A stretch of 64,000 nucleotides of DNA from assembly GCA_016192685.1 (NCBI GenBank), contig JACPTS010000001.1:529099-593098 (forward strand). Direction: 5' to 3'. This document shows positions 8,778 through 17,697 of the stretch, one piece after another. The translations under genes and the position numbers were made by a program. The stretch is from Candidatus Harrisonbacteria bacterium (lineage in GTDB: Bacteria; Patescibacteriota; Minisyncoccia; UBA6257; 02-FULL-45-10c). Under the pieces are notes generated by a model. It was not told where the DNA came from. It did not search any database and saw only the letters and a list, made by a program, of their open reading frames with translations. The number at the start of each line of letters is the position of its first letter. The stretch's first letter is position 1.

Positions 8778-9449
8778 CTAATCTTCTTCTTCCTTCTTGG
8801 CTAATTCCGTGGCAACTATTGTAATCCCAATTTTTAACTGGCCAACGATTTTTTCCATATGCAATTCCGGTTGGGAATTTAAAGTTATTTCTACATAACC
8901 GTTTTTTGTGCCAGAGCTATTATAAGTAGTGACGCAAACCATTGATTTCCCATCTTTTTCAGTTTTTTGGAAAGTACCGTACATAGAGCCATCTTCTTTT
9001 TCAAAAAGGTTGTCAGTTTTAATTGTTTTTTCACCATTTTGTTCGGAATCATATATAAAGTTGAACAATTCAATTAAATTTTGGGCTTCTTCAGGCCGAA
9101 ATTCGGTATATTTCAGGAATTGAATGAAACTTTTACCATCCGTAGTATTTTCCAAAGAAAGCATTATTTTTTCTGGATGAAAATCCTCCGGACTAGCTGG
9201 CCAGGCATTAATTGAAACTATTTTTATTTTATTTTTTGGCTGCTCCTGATATTTTATTCTGATGCTTAATTCATCCCAATTTACGCCATAAAAAAACATT
9301 GCTATTTTTTGGTACCATTTTACATTTTGAAATTCAAGATCGTAATGAATTATTTGTTCTTTGAAATTTGTTTCTTCCGCGAAAGCAACGGCAGTGAAGC
9401 GGGAGATGAAGAAAAGAAGCAAGATTGGCGCGGTTATTAAGCGGGCCAT
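8778..9449 (-). CDS. Secreted hypothetical protein
   Basis: N-terminal signal peptide MARLITAPILLLFFISRFTAVAFA. 223 aa. Confidence 0.45.
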   Translation of the reverse strand: MARLITAPILLLFFISRFTAVAFAEETNFKEQIIHYDLEFQNVKWYQKIAMFFYGVNWDELSIRIKYQEQPKNKIKIVSINAWPASPEDFHPEKIMLSLENTTDGKSFIQFLKYTEFRPEEAQNLIELFNFIYDSEQNGEKTIKTDNLFEKEDGSMYGTFQKTEKDGKSMVCVTTYNSSGTKNGYVEITLNSQPELHMEKIVGQLKIGITIVATELAKKEEED

Positions 9450-9710
9450 TCCTTTTAAATTTTTATTTTAAATAACCTTTTTAAGGTTATTCTATTTTTA
9501 TGAAAATCACAAGTCTAATCAGGCGAAATTCCAGGGTGTGGATAACCTGCGGATAAAAAAGCCATTTTAGCTTTATTTTTTAGCCTATTTTGGCGCTGGC
9601 TGGCATTGTTAAATTTTTAATCCAAGTGGGGTACAATTAAATGGTAGTGGGGAATTGTGGATAAGTATGGGGATAGAGCGTCAATCAGGGGATAAGTTCC
9701 ACTCGCTGTA

Positions 9711-9842
9711 CCTTTCTTTCTATCGGCACCGGCGTCGCTTCGCTCCAGCGGCGAAGCGCGCCTACGCCTCGCTCCGAAAATTTTCGCTTCGCGAAAAACC
9801 AATCTTTTTGGAGCTCCGTAGTTGCCGTACAAAAGAAAGGTA
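9711..9842 (+). repeat. GC-rich palindromic repeat element, family A, copy 1
   Basis: Core cggcaccggcgtcg...cgcctacgcctcgctccgaaa...ttcgcttcgcgaaa...ggagctccgtagttgccg with terminal inverted repeat acctttct/agaaaggt. Sits at the right edge of the integrative element. Confidence 0.7.
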
Positions 9843-9894
9843 AGCTCGCTAATTGTTGTTAGTTGTGGGTCGTTAGTCATAAGTCATAAGTCAA

Positions 9895-10326
9895 ATGTTT
9901 ATAGGCGAATACCAACATTTAATAGACGATAAAGGCAGATTGGCGGTGCCGGCTAAATTTCGCGGCGCTTTGAAAAATGGCGCGGTAGTTACTCACGGAT
10001 TAGACCATTGTCTTTTTGTTTTTGAAAAAAAGGAATGGGGGATTTGGGCCGGTAAAATAAAAGCCATGCCGATTGCCAAATCTAATTCCCGGGCCTTTGG
10101 CCGTCTGATGCTTGGCGGCGCCATGGAAGCATCCTTGGATGTTCAGGGCAGAATTTTAATTCCTGATTATTTACGGGAATATGCCGGATTAAAAAAGAAT
10201 GCCATCGTTACCGGTTTGTATAATAGACTGGAAATTTGGGATGCCGAAAATTGGAAGAAATATAAATCAAAAACCGAAGCCTCATCTGAGGATATTGCCG
10301 AACAGTTGGATGGCCTCGGTATATGA
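9895..10326 (+). CDS. mraZ: Transcriptional regulator MraZ
   Basis: MFIGEYQHLIDDKGRLAVPAKFR, 143 aa, first gene of the dcw cluster. Confidence 0.9.
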   Translation: MFIGEYQHLIDDKGRLAVPAKFRGALKNGAVVTHGLDHCLFVFEKKEWGIWAGKIKAMPIAKSNSRAFGRLMLGGAMEASLDVQGRILIPDYLREYAGLKKNAIVTGLYNRLEIWDAENWKKYKSKTEASSEDIAEQLDGLGI

Positions 10327-11195
10327 CGCACATTCCAGTTCTTTTAAAAGAAGTAATTGAGCTACTTGACCCAAAAGAGAGGGAAATAATAATTGACGGC
10401 ACTGCCGGCAGCGGCGGCCACGCAAAAGCGGTATTGCAGAAAATTGGGGAAACTGGGCAACTTTTACTGGTTGATTGGGATAAAGAATCAATCGCTAATT
10501 TAAAAAAGGCATTTGCCAGCTATCCCAATGTTTTTATTATTCATGGTAATTATGCCGAATTGCCCGGCATCATGGCGGAAAATAATTTTCCTAAAGCGGA
10601 TGGCTTACTGCTTGATTTGGGGTTTTCTTCCGAGCAATTAGAAAAAAGCGGCCGGGGATTCAGTTTTCAAAAGGAAGAACCGTTATTGATGACTTATAGC
10701 GATGCCAGCGAATCGCTGCAAGAATTTTTGAAATACGTTTCCATTTCGGAATTAACGGATATCATCCGGAAATTCGGCGAAGAAAGATATGCCGAAAGAA
10801 TTGCCGAGGCAATTTATGCGAAGCGGCGGCAAATTTCCAGCAGCCAGCAATTAGGAGAAATTATAAAAGAGGCGGTTCCTAAAAATTATGAACGGGGCCG
10901 CATTCATCCGGCTACCAGAACTTTTCAGGCTTTACGGATTTATTTAAATAAAGAATTAGAAAATTTGGAAAAAGTCTTAAGCGCGCTGGATCAAATTTTA
11001 ACGCCCGGCGGCCGAGCAGTTATTATTTCCTTCCATTCTTTAGAGGATAGGATTGTAAAAAATTATTTTAGAGAATTAGCTAAAAAAGGTCGAATAAAAA
11101 TTATTACTAAAAAACCAACAATGGCGAGCCAAGAGGAAATTAGCCAAAATCCTCGTTCCCGATCCGCTAAACTCCGAGCCGCCATTATTATCTAG
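10323..11195 (+). CDS. rsmH: 16S rRNA (cytosine1402-N4)-methyltransferase RsmH
   Basis: IPVLLKEV...DGTAGSGGH...DLGFSS SAM-MTase motifs, following mraZ. Confidence 0.9.
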   Translation: MTHIPVLLKEVIELLDPKEREIIIDGTAGSGGHAKAVLQKIGETGQLLLVDWDKESIANLKKAFASYPNVFIIHGNYAELPGIMAENNFPKADGLLLDLGFSSEQLEKSGRGFSFQKEEPLLMTYSDASESLQEFLKYVSISELTDIIRKFGEERYAERIAEAIYAKRRQISSSQQLGEIIKEAVPKNYERGRIHPATRTFQALRIYLNKELENLEKVLSALDQILTPGGRAVIISFHSLEDRIVKNYFRELAKKGRIKIITKKPTMASQEEISQNPRSRSAKLRAAIII

Positions 11196-11197
11196 CC

Positions 11198-11497
11198 ATG
11201 ACTATTATTGAGCCAGCAAAAAATAATTATATTAGTGAATTTTTATATATCGGACTATTAATTTTAATGTCAGCCGCCTTCAGCATCTATTTTTATAATT
11301 TAAATGTTAATTTAAAATACCAAATTAGCCTGCAGGAGAAATCTTTGCAGCAATTAGAAGCGGACAATGCCGATTTAAAGAACCAGTTTTATCAGATTCT
11401 TGATTCTAAAAATCTTGCCGTCATTGTTAAAAAACAAAATTTAATCTCCGATAAAAATCCGGATTATTTTGAGCACAAAATTTTTGCTTCAATGTGA
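11198..11497 (+). CDS. FtsL-like small membrane/coiled-coil cell-division protein
   Basis: 99 aa with one TM and a coiled coil, positioned between rsmH and ftsI. Confidence 0.5.
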   Translation: MTIIEPAKNNYISEFLYIGLLILMSAAFSIYFYNLNVNLKYQISLQEKSLQQLEADNADLKNQFYQILDSKNLAVIVKKQNLISDKNPDYFEHKIFASM

Positions 11498-13128
11498 TGA
11501 AATTCCGCCTTTTTCTTATAATTTCTTTTTTCTCTCTTTTAAACGCTACCTTGTTTTTTAAACTTTATGACCTCCAAATTGAAAAAAAGGAATACTACGC
11601 GAAGAAAGCCGCTTCCCAGCATCGTTTAGCTGGTTTTTTAGAGCCGCAGCGCGGCAATATTTATTTTACGGATAGGAATAATAATTTAATTCCAGCGGCC
11701 ATGAATAAAGCTTATCAAGTTATTTTTTCCGTTCCCAAAGAGATTCAAGATCCCGCCCTAACTGCCGCCTCGCTGGCTTCGGCGGCTGCTTTGGATAAAG
11801 AGAAATTGGTAAAAATGTTCAGTAAGCCCGACGATGAATACGAATTATTTTTGCGCAAAGCCTCGTTATCCCAATTGGAAAAAATCCGCGAGCTTAATTT
11901 AAAAGGAATTTATGCTGACGAAGAAAATTTAAGATTTTATCCATTTAAAAATCAGGCTTCCCACCTGCTGGGTTTTGTGGGAATTGACCATGAAAATTCT
12001 TATCCGGCCGGAAAATACGGTTTGGAATTTTATTATGATGAAAAACTTAAAGGCGAAGCCGGCCGATTGGAAACTAACCGGATTATTGACCCGATTTCCG
12101 GAGAAAATCTTTATTTGACGATTGATTCTAACATTCAAATCCGGGCGGAAGAAATTTTATTTAATTTAATCCAAAAATATAAAGCCGAGCGGGGAATGGT
12201 CATAGTGCAGGAGCCTAAAACCGGAAAAATTTTAGCCATGGGCGTTTATCCGAATTTTGACCCGAATAATTACGCGGATTATAAGGTGGAAAATTTTTTG
12301 AATCCAGCCCTGCAGTCGGTTTTTGAGCCGGGGTCAGTAATGAAAGTGGTTACCATGTCTGCCGGGATTGACGCCAAGAAATTCACTCCGGAAACTACGG
12401 TTTATGATTCTGGTTCTCTTACTTTGGATAGCCGGACAATCAAAAATTGGGATAATAAAGCCCACGGCAAAGTAACCATGACTGAAGTGATTGAGCAGTC
12501 CATTAATATTGGAGCGGCGCAGGCGGCAAAAATTATCGGAAAGGACCTTTTTTATAATTATTTGGTAAAATTCGGATTCGGAGAAAAAACCGGCATCGGC
12601 CTGCCGGGAGAAGTGGTTGGCAGCCTCGGCAATTTAAAATCCAGCTTCCGGGATATTAATTTTGCCACTGCCGCTTTCGGCCAGGGAGTGGCGGTTACGC
12701 CGATCCAGATGATTAATTCTTTTTCTGCCATTGCCAATGGCGGAGTTTTAATGAGGCCGTATTTAAATGCCGATGAGGGTTCCAAAGTGATTCGCCGGGT
12801 TATTTCGGAAGAAGCGGCCAGAGCAGTAACTAAAATGATGATTTCCGCGGTAAAAAAAGCAGCCATTGCCCAGATTCCGAAATTTGATATTGCCGGTAAA
12901 ACCGGCACTGCCCAAATCCCGGATTTAAAAAGAGGCGGCTATCTTGAAGAATTTATCCATACTTATATCGGATTCGCGCCGGCTTTTGACCCGAAATTCA
13001 CTATTTTAATCCGGATTGATAAACCGGTTGGCGCGCCTTTAGCCGGCTTAACGGTCGTGCCGGCTTTCCGGGAATTGTCAGAATTTATTTTGAATTATTA
13101 TAACGTCCCGCCAGATTACAATGAATAA
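11494..13128 (+). CDS. ftsI: Penicillin-binding protein transpeptidase (FtsI/PBP2-like)
   Basis: Dimerisation domain plus transpeptidase domain. Contains a SVMK (SxxK) motif and a KTGTA motif. Confidence 0.85.
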   Translation: MMKFRLFLIISFFSLLNATLFFKLYDLQIEKKEYYAKKAASQHRLAGFLEPQRGNIYFTDRNNNLIPAAMNKAYQVIFSVPKEIQDPALTAASLASAAALDKEKLVKMFSKPDDEYELFLRKASLSQLEKIRELNLKGIYADEENLRFYPFKNQASHLLGFVGIDHENSYPAGKYGLEFYYDEKLKGEAGRLETNRIIDPISGENLYLTIDSNIQIRAEEILFNLIQKYKAERGMVIVQEPKTGKILAMGVYPNFDPNNYADYKVENFLNPALQSVFEPGSVMKVVTMSAGIDAKKFTPETTVYDSGSLTLDSRTIKNWDNKAHGKVTMTEVIEQSINIGAAQAAKIIGKDLFYNYLVKFGFGEKTGIGLPGEVVGSLGNLKSSFRDINFATAAFGQGVAVTPIQMINSFSAIANGGVLMRPYLNADEGSKVIRRVISEEAARAVTKMMISAVKKAAIAQIPKFDIAGKTGTAQIPDLKRGGYLEEFIHTYIGFAPAFDPKFTILIRIDKPVGAPLAGLTVVPAFRELSEFILNYYNVPPDYNE

Positions 13129-14356
13129 AGAAAAATTTCAAAAATATCTTCAAAGGATTGTTCGCCGGTTGGCTATTTGGACAATTAAAAAATACCAGCC
13201 GGGCATAATTGCCGTTACCGGCAGTGTTGGGAAAACTTCTACCAAAGAAGCTATTTTCACCGTTCTCAAAAAGCACCGGAAAGTCAGAAGAAATAGCGGT
13301 AATTTTAACAATGAAATCGGAGTGCCGCTGACCATATTGGGAGATTGGGATAAAATTGCCGGAAAATATTTTTGGTTGAAAGTTATTTTAGCATCCTGTT
13401 TGAGGTTAATTGTCCGCTGGCGTTATCCCGAACTTTTAATTTTGGAGTATGCGGCGGATAAACCCGGAGATATTAGATATCTTTTGGACATTGCCAAGCC
13501 GCAAATCGGCGTTATTACCACCGTTGGCGATATTCCGGTGCATGTGGAATTTTATAGCGGGCCGGAGGCGGTGGCGCGGGAAAAAGCGAAAATAATTGAG
13601 GCCTTATCCGCAACCGGATTCGCCATTTTGAATTATGATGACAAGACAGTTTTTAATTTGCGCGATCGCACCCGTTCCCATCTTATGTATTATGGTTTTG
13701 GCGATGACGCCACGATGCGGATAACTAATTTTGAGACTAGGATGGAAGGCAATCGTCCCGGGGGAATCAGTTTCAAATTAAATTATGGCGGCAGTTTTGT
13801 TCCGGTTCGTCTGGACGGCTGTTTTGGCAAGGCCCAGGCATATGCCGCCGCCGCCGCTGCCTGCATCGGCATTGTTTTCGGTTTGAATTTAGTGAAGATT
13901 GCGGAAGCGCTTTTGGAGTATGAAGCGCCGCCGCAGCGAGGAAAACTGGCAGCGGGCGTTAAGCAAACTTGGATTATTGACGATACTTACAATGCTTCGC
14001 CTCTTTCCATGGAAGCCGCGATTCACGCCGTGGAAAGTTTGGAAGCCAAACGAAAGCTGGCGGTTTTGGGGGATATGTTGGAAATCGGGAAATATACGCC
14101 GGAAGCCCATCAGCGTATCGGAGAGCTGGTTCCAAAAGTATTTGGTCTTTTGGTGACTGTTGGCGCGCGGGCAAAATTTATTGCCGAAGGAGCGAAAGAA
14201 AATGGAATGGCTCAAAAAAATATTTTCAGCTTTGATACGGCGGAAGAAGCCGGCAAGGCAGTGCAGGATTTAATGCGGAAAGGCGATTTAGTTTTAGTAA
14301 AGGCATCCAGGGGCATTGGGCTGGATAAGGTGGTTGAAGAGATAAGAAAAATATAG
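13121..14356 (+). CDS. murF: Mur ligase family protein (MurF-like)
   Basis: P-loop GSVGKTSTKEAI with Mur ligase middle and C-terminal domains. 411 aa. Confidence 0.7.
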   Translation: MNKEKFQKYLQRIVRRLAIWTIKKYQPGIIAVTGSVGKTSTKEAIFTVLKKHRKVRRNSGNFNNEIGVPLTILGDWDKIAGKYFWLKVILASCLRLIVRWRYPELLILEYAADKPGDIRYLLDIAKPQIGVITTVGDIPVHVEFYSGPEAVAREKAKIIEALSATGFAILNYDDKTVFNLRDRTRSHLMYYGFGDDATMRITNFETRMEGNRPGGISFKLNYGGSFVPVRLDGCFGKAQAYAAAAAACIGIVFGLNLVKIAEALLEYEAPPQRGKLAAGVKQTWIIDDTYNASPLSMEAAIHAVESLEAKRKLAVLGDMLEIGKYTPEAHQRIGELVPKVFGLLVTVGARAKFIAEGAKENGMAQKNIFSFDTAEEAGKAVQDLMRKGDLVLVKASRGIGLDKVVEEIRKI

Positions 14357-14395
14357 TATTGTTATTTACAGATATCTTGATAATTAAGGTTCGGG

Positions 14396-14692
14396 ATGAC
14401 TTTGGAAGAGCTTAAGAATAATTGGGAAAATTACGCTTGGGAGATGCCGCGCGATGGGAAGCGATTGTCTATTCTTTTAAGCCGTTATTATTATAAATGC
14501 GAATTTAAAACGTTAAAGGATAATACGAAATGTCTGGCGTTTTTTCTTAGATTTGATGATGGCAGTTGGGCGCATGAATGGGATTTGCTTAAGACCGATA
14601 ATAAGGGAAATTGCTATCTGTACACTTCTTTAACTACAAATATCAATAAATCTAGATGGTTTAAAAGGGGGCGTTTTGTTAAGGTTAAATAA
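14396..14692 (+). CDS. Hypothetical protein
   Basis: 98 aa ORF with no recognised motif. Confidence 0.3.
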   Translation: MTLEELKNNWENYAWEMPRDGKRLSILLSRYYYKCEFKTLKDNTKCLAFFLRFDDGSWAHEWDLLKTDNKGNCYLYTSLTTNINKSRWFKRGRFVKVK

Positions 14693-14695
14693 TTT

Positions 14696-14720
14696 ACCGC
14701 TTTTAAAGCGGTATTTTTTA
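14696..14720 (+). terminator. Rho-independent terminator
   Basis: Hairpin accgc-ttttaaa-gcggt followed by a T-run. Confidence 0.55.
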
Positions 14721-14737
14721 TATTAGAATATAAAAGT

Positions 14738-14813
14738 TGGCCCTATCGTCTAGTGGCCTAGGACGTGGCCTTCTCAAGGCCAAAACACGGGTTCGATTCC
14801 CGTTGGGGCTACC
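14738..14813 (+). tRNA. tRNA-Glu (anticodon CTC), CCA encoded
   Basis: Manual cloverleaf. Anticodon stem TGGCC/GGCCA with loop TTCTCAA, T-arm ACGGG-TTCGATT-CCCGT, 3' ACCA. Confidence 0.65.
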
Positions 14814-14818
14814 ATTAT

Positions 14819-15166
14819 ATGATTAATCCGCCAATCATCTTAAAAGATAAATATGCATTGGTTTTTTTTGCGGCTTCATTGCTGTCTTTAATCATGGCTT
14901 TCGGAATAGCTTATGTGAATATATTAGATAATCGGAATTTACTGGTAATTCATTTTGACAGCTATCGGGGAGCGGATTTTTTCGGAGATCGCCGGGATGT
15001 GGCGGATATTTTAATTACCGGAGCAATAGTTTGGATTATTAATTTATGGCTTGCCCACGAACTTTATTTTAGAGAACGGTTTTTATCATATCTTTTGGCG
15101 GCCGGCACCCTTCTTTTTTCAGTATTGATTTTAATAGCAATTAGAGTTATTATTTCAATTAACTGA
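14819..15166 (+). CDS. Small integral membrane protein
   Basis: Predicted 3-4 TM helices. The start was moved to the internal Met (MINPP) because the ORF-track start overlaps the tRNA. Confidence 0.4.
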   Translation: MINPPIILKDKYALVFFAASLLSLIMAFGIAYVNILDNRNLLVIHFDSYRGADFFGDRRDVADILITGAIVWIINLWLAHELYFRERFLSYLLAAGTLLFSVLILIAIRVIISIN

Positions 15167-15352
15167 CGCTCGGCTTTAATTTATTTTCGAACGGCTGCTC
15201 CGGCATAAACAAAACTAATTCGCTCATAGCGGAAATTTATCACCCTAGTCATTCTTCCTGGGTACCCCGATAAATTTCCTATTCGCTCAAAGTTTTGTAA
15301 TATGCCTCCGCAATGTTCTCAAATAAAATAAAGCCTCGCTTAACTGTTTATT

Positions 15353-15664
15353 ATGATATTCGCAATTGTAGAAACCGGCGGCAAACAATATAAAGTAAGC
15401 CCTGGTCAAAAATTAAAAGTAGAAAAATTAGACGTTGAATCCGGCGCTAATTTGAGTTTGGATAAAGTGCTTTTGGTAGCGGACGATGAAGAAGTGAAAT
15501 TAGGCACTCCCTATGTGGAAGGCGCGAAAGTGGAAACTAAAGTTTTAAGCCAAGGCCGACACGACAAGAAAATTGTTTTTAAATACCATTCCAAAACCCG
15601 CTATAAAAAGAAAAAAGGCCATCGTCAGCCTTATACGGAATTGGAAGTAGTTTCAGTGAAATAA
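15353..15664 (+). CDS. rplU: 50S ribosomal protein L21
   Basis: MIFAIVETGGKQYKVSPGQKLKVEKL, 103 aa. Confidence 0.9.
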   Translation: MIFAIVETGGKQYKVSPGQKLKVEKLDVESGANLSLDKVLLVADDEEVKLGTPYVEGAKVETKVLSQGRHDKKIVFKYHSKTRYKKKKGHRQPYTELEVVSVK

Positions 15665-15667
15665 AAA

Positions 15668-15692
15668 ATGCCGCATATTGCGGCATTTTTTA
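15668..15692. terminator. Bidirectional terminator between rplU and recR
   Basis: Hairpin atgccgc-atat-tgcggcat with an A-run before and a T-run after. Confidence 0.55.
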
Positions 15693-16322
15693 ACTCCTTT
15701 TATCAATAGCGCTGCCTAAAGTTTCTTCATCCGCAAACTCAATTTCGCCGCCGGTTGGAATGCCGCGGCCGAGGCGGGTGATTTTATCAGTAAATTCTCC
15801 CAGTTCTTTTTTGAGCGTGGCGGCGTTTAAATCGCCATAAACAGTAGGATTCGTAGCAAGGATTATTTCTTCGGCCTTACCTACCCCCTTGCCCTCCGAA
15901 GCTTTATGCGAAGGAGGGAGTTCTTTCTTAATGAAATTTTTAAGCGCGGAAAGCCGCAGTTTTTGTTCCGGCTCCAGTTCGCCGTTTTTATGCAGTTCGC
16001 CGATTACCAAATACCAGCCGTTGAATTTTTTGGTTTTCTCCAGCGATAAAAGGTCGGTTTCTTTTTCCACTACAGCGATAAGTTTTTGATTGCGGGTTGG
16101 GTCAGAGCAAATTGAACATAATTTCTCATTGCCGGTATGAGTTCTAAAACAGCGGGAACAGGCGGTTAAATCAGCAAGATTAGAAACTGCCGAGGCAATT
16201 TCTTTTACTTTATTTTTACCGAGTGAAGTAATATAAAAAGCCAGCCGCGTTGCTTGACGCGGCCCGATAGATGGAAGCTTGGAAAATACTTCTACAAAAT
16301 TTTTGATGGGGTTAGGAAGCAT
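15690..16322 (-). CDS. recR: Recombination protein RecR
   Basis: HhH motif (LPSIGPRQATRLAF), C4 zinc finger (CSRC...CSICSD), Toprim domain. The start is set at the internal Met to avoid overlapping dnaB. Confidence 0.85.
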   Translation of the reverse strand: MLPNPIKNFVEVFSKLPSIGPRQATRLAFYITSLGKNKVKEIASAVSNLADLTACSRCFRTHTGNEKLCSICSDPTRNQKLIAVVEKETDLLSLEKTKKFNGWYLVIGELHKNGELEPEQKLRLSALKNFIKKELPPSHKASEGKGVGKAEEIILATNPTVYGDLNAATLKKELGEFTDKITRLGRGIPTGGEIEFADEETLGSAIDKRS

Positions 16323-17679
16323 TATGGAATTTATCAATTGACCGGAAACTAGATTTTTCCGGATCAAATCGCAGCTTAATCGTACCAGTTGGGCCATTGC
16401 GGTGTTTGGCAATATTAACCTCGGTTACATAATCTTCATTATTCGGATTGCCTCGGTCCGCATCTTTTCGGTAAAGGAACATGACTACGTCGGCATCCTG
16501 TTCAATGGCGCCGGATTCTCTAAGGTCGGAAAGCCGCGGACGTTTATTGTCTCTTTTGTCAACTTCTCTTGAAAGCTGGGAAAGAGCCAGCACCGGTATA
16601 TTCAGCTCTCTGGCCATGCTTTTAAGCCCTCTGGAAAGTTCGGTAACTTGCTGAACTATGCTTTCAAAGTTGGATCTTGGTTGGATAAGCTGGAGATAAT
16701 CAACAATAATCAGGCTTAATCCGTTTTCGGCTTGCAAGCGTCTGGCCATGGAACGCATTTGGAGAATTGTCGGTGAAGGCGTGTCGTCAATGAAAAGTTT
16801 TGCTTCGGAAAGCTTATTTAAGGCATGCTGGATGCATTCAAAATCTTCATCGTTTTTTAATCGGCCGGTCCGGAGCTCCCATACCGGTATTTGGGCTTCC
16901 GCGCCGATTATCCGGTCAACAATTTGTTCCCTTGACATTTCTAAAGAAAATATCACAACCGGCTCTTTTTCGTTCAAGGAAGCGTAACGGGCAATATCCA
17001 GGGCTAAAGAAGTTTTGCCTAATGATGGCCTGGCGCCCAATACAATCAAATCAGACTTTTGCATTCCGGAGAGTTGATTGTCTATTTCCGAAAATCCAGT
17101 CGCAACGCCGCGTATTTTGCTTCCTTCCTGATGTATTTTTTCAATTCTTTCATAAGCGCCCTGGAGTTCGTCTTTTAATTTAATAAATTTTTGGCTGAAA
17201 GATTGCTGGGAAATGGCAAATACTTTTTGTTCTATGGCATCCAGCATAGTTTCAATATCTTCAGTGGCGTCTACGGCATTTTCGGTAATTTCCGCGGAAG
17301 CTTTGATTAAATCCCGTAAAATCCGTTTTTCTTTTACAATTTTGGCATAGTGCTCCACGTGGGCGGAAGTCGGCACCGATTCAATAAGCTCCGTCAAATA
17401 GGAGTTGCCGCCGATTTCTTTTAAAAGATTTTCATTGGTTAATTTGGCAGTGACGCTTAGAATATCAATCGGTTCCCGTTTTTCGTAAAGTTTTAAAATA
17501 GTGTCATAAATCTTGGCGTGCGCCGGTTTATAAAAATCTTCCGGCAATAAAATATCGCCGACATTAATAATGGCGTTTTTATCCAGCATCAGCGCTCCTA
17601 AAACTGATTGTTCCGCCTCTAAATTTTGCGGCGGCAGTTTCAATGGATTAGTAGATACTTTAAAAGGCCTAAGTTCCAT
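16312..17679 (-). CDS. dnaB: Replicative DNA helicase DnaB
   Basis: Walker A GARPSLGKTS, IFSLEMS and RecA-like C-terminal domain. 455 aa. Confidence 0.9.
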   Translation of the reverse strand: MELRPFKVSTNPLKLPPQNLEAEQSVLGALMLDKNAIINVGDILLPEDFYKPAHAKIYDTILKLYEKREPIDILSVTAKLTNENLLKEIGGNSYLTELIESVPTSAHVEHYAKIVKEKRILRDLIKASAEITENAVDATEDIETMLDAIEQKVFAISQQSFSQKFIKLKDELQGAYERIEKIHQEGSKIRGVATGFSEIDNQLSGMQKSDLIVLGARPSLGKTSLALDIARYASLNEKEPVVIFSLEMSREQIVDRIIGAEAQIPVWELRTGRLKNDEDFECIQHALNKLSEAKLFIDDTPSPTILQMRSMARRLQAENGLSLIIVDYLQLIQPRSNFESIVQQVTELSRGLKSMARELNIPVLALSQLSREVDKRDNKRPRLSDLRESGAIEQDADVVMFLYRKDADRGNPNNEDYVTEVNIAKHRNGPTGTIKLRFDPEKSSFRSIDKFHNAS

Positions 17680-17697
17680 GTCGTTAGTTGTTTGTTA

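Noticed and set aside
8620-9890. Search for a direct repeat of the tRNA-Val 3' end marking attR
   Set aside because: No copy of ggtccgattcctatactgccca or a fragment was seen. This is expected for serine integrases, so the right boundary stays approximate.
12558-12908. 116-aa minus-strand ORF in ftsI
   Set aside because: Antisense to the PBP transpeptidase domain.
15180-15350. Structured leader upstream of rplU (11-bp inverted repeat ggaaatttatc/gataaatttcc)
   Set aside because: An inverted repeat is present but cannot be matched with confidence to the known L21 leader motif from sequence alone. Not listed as a feature.
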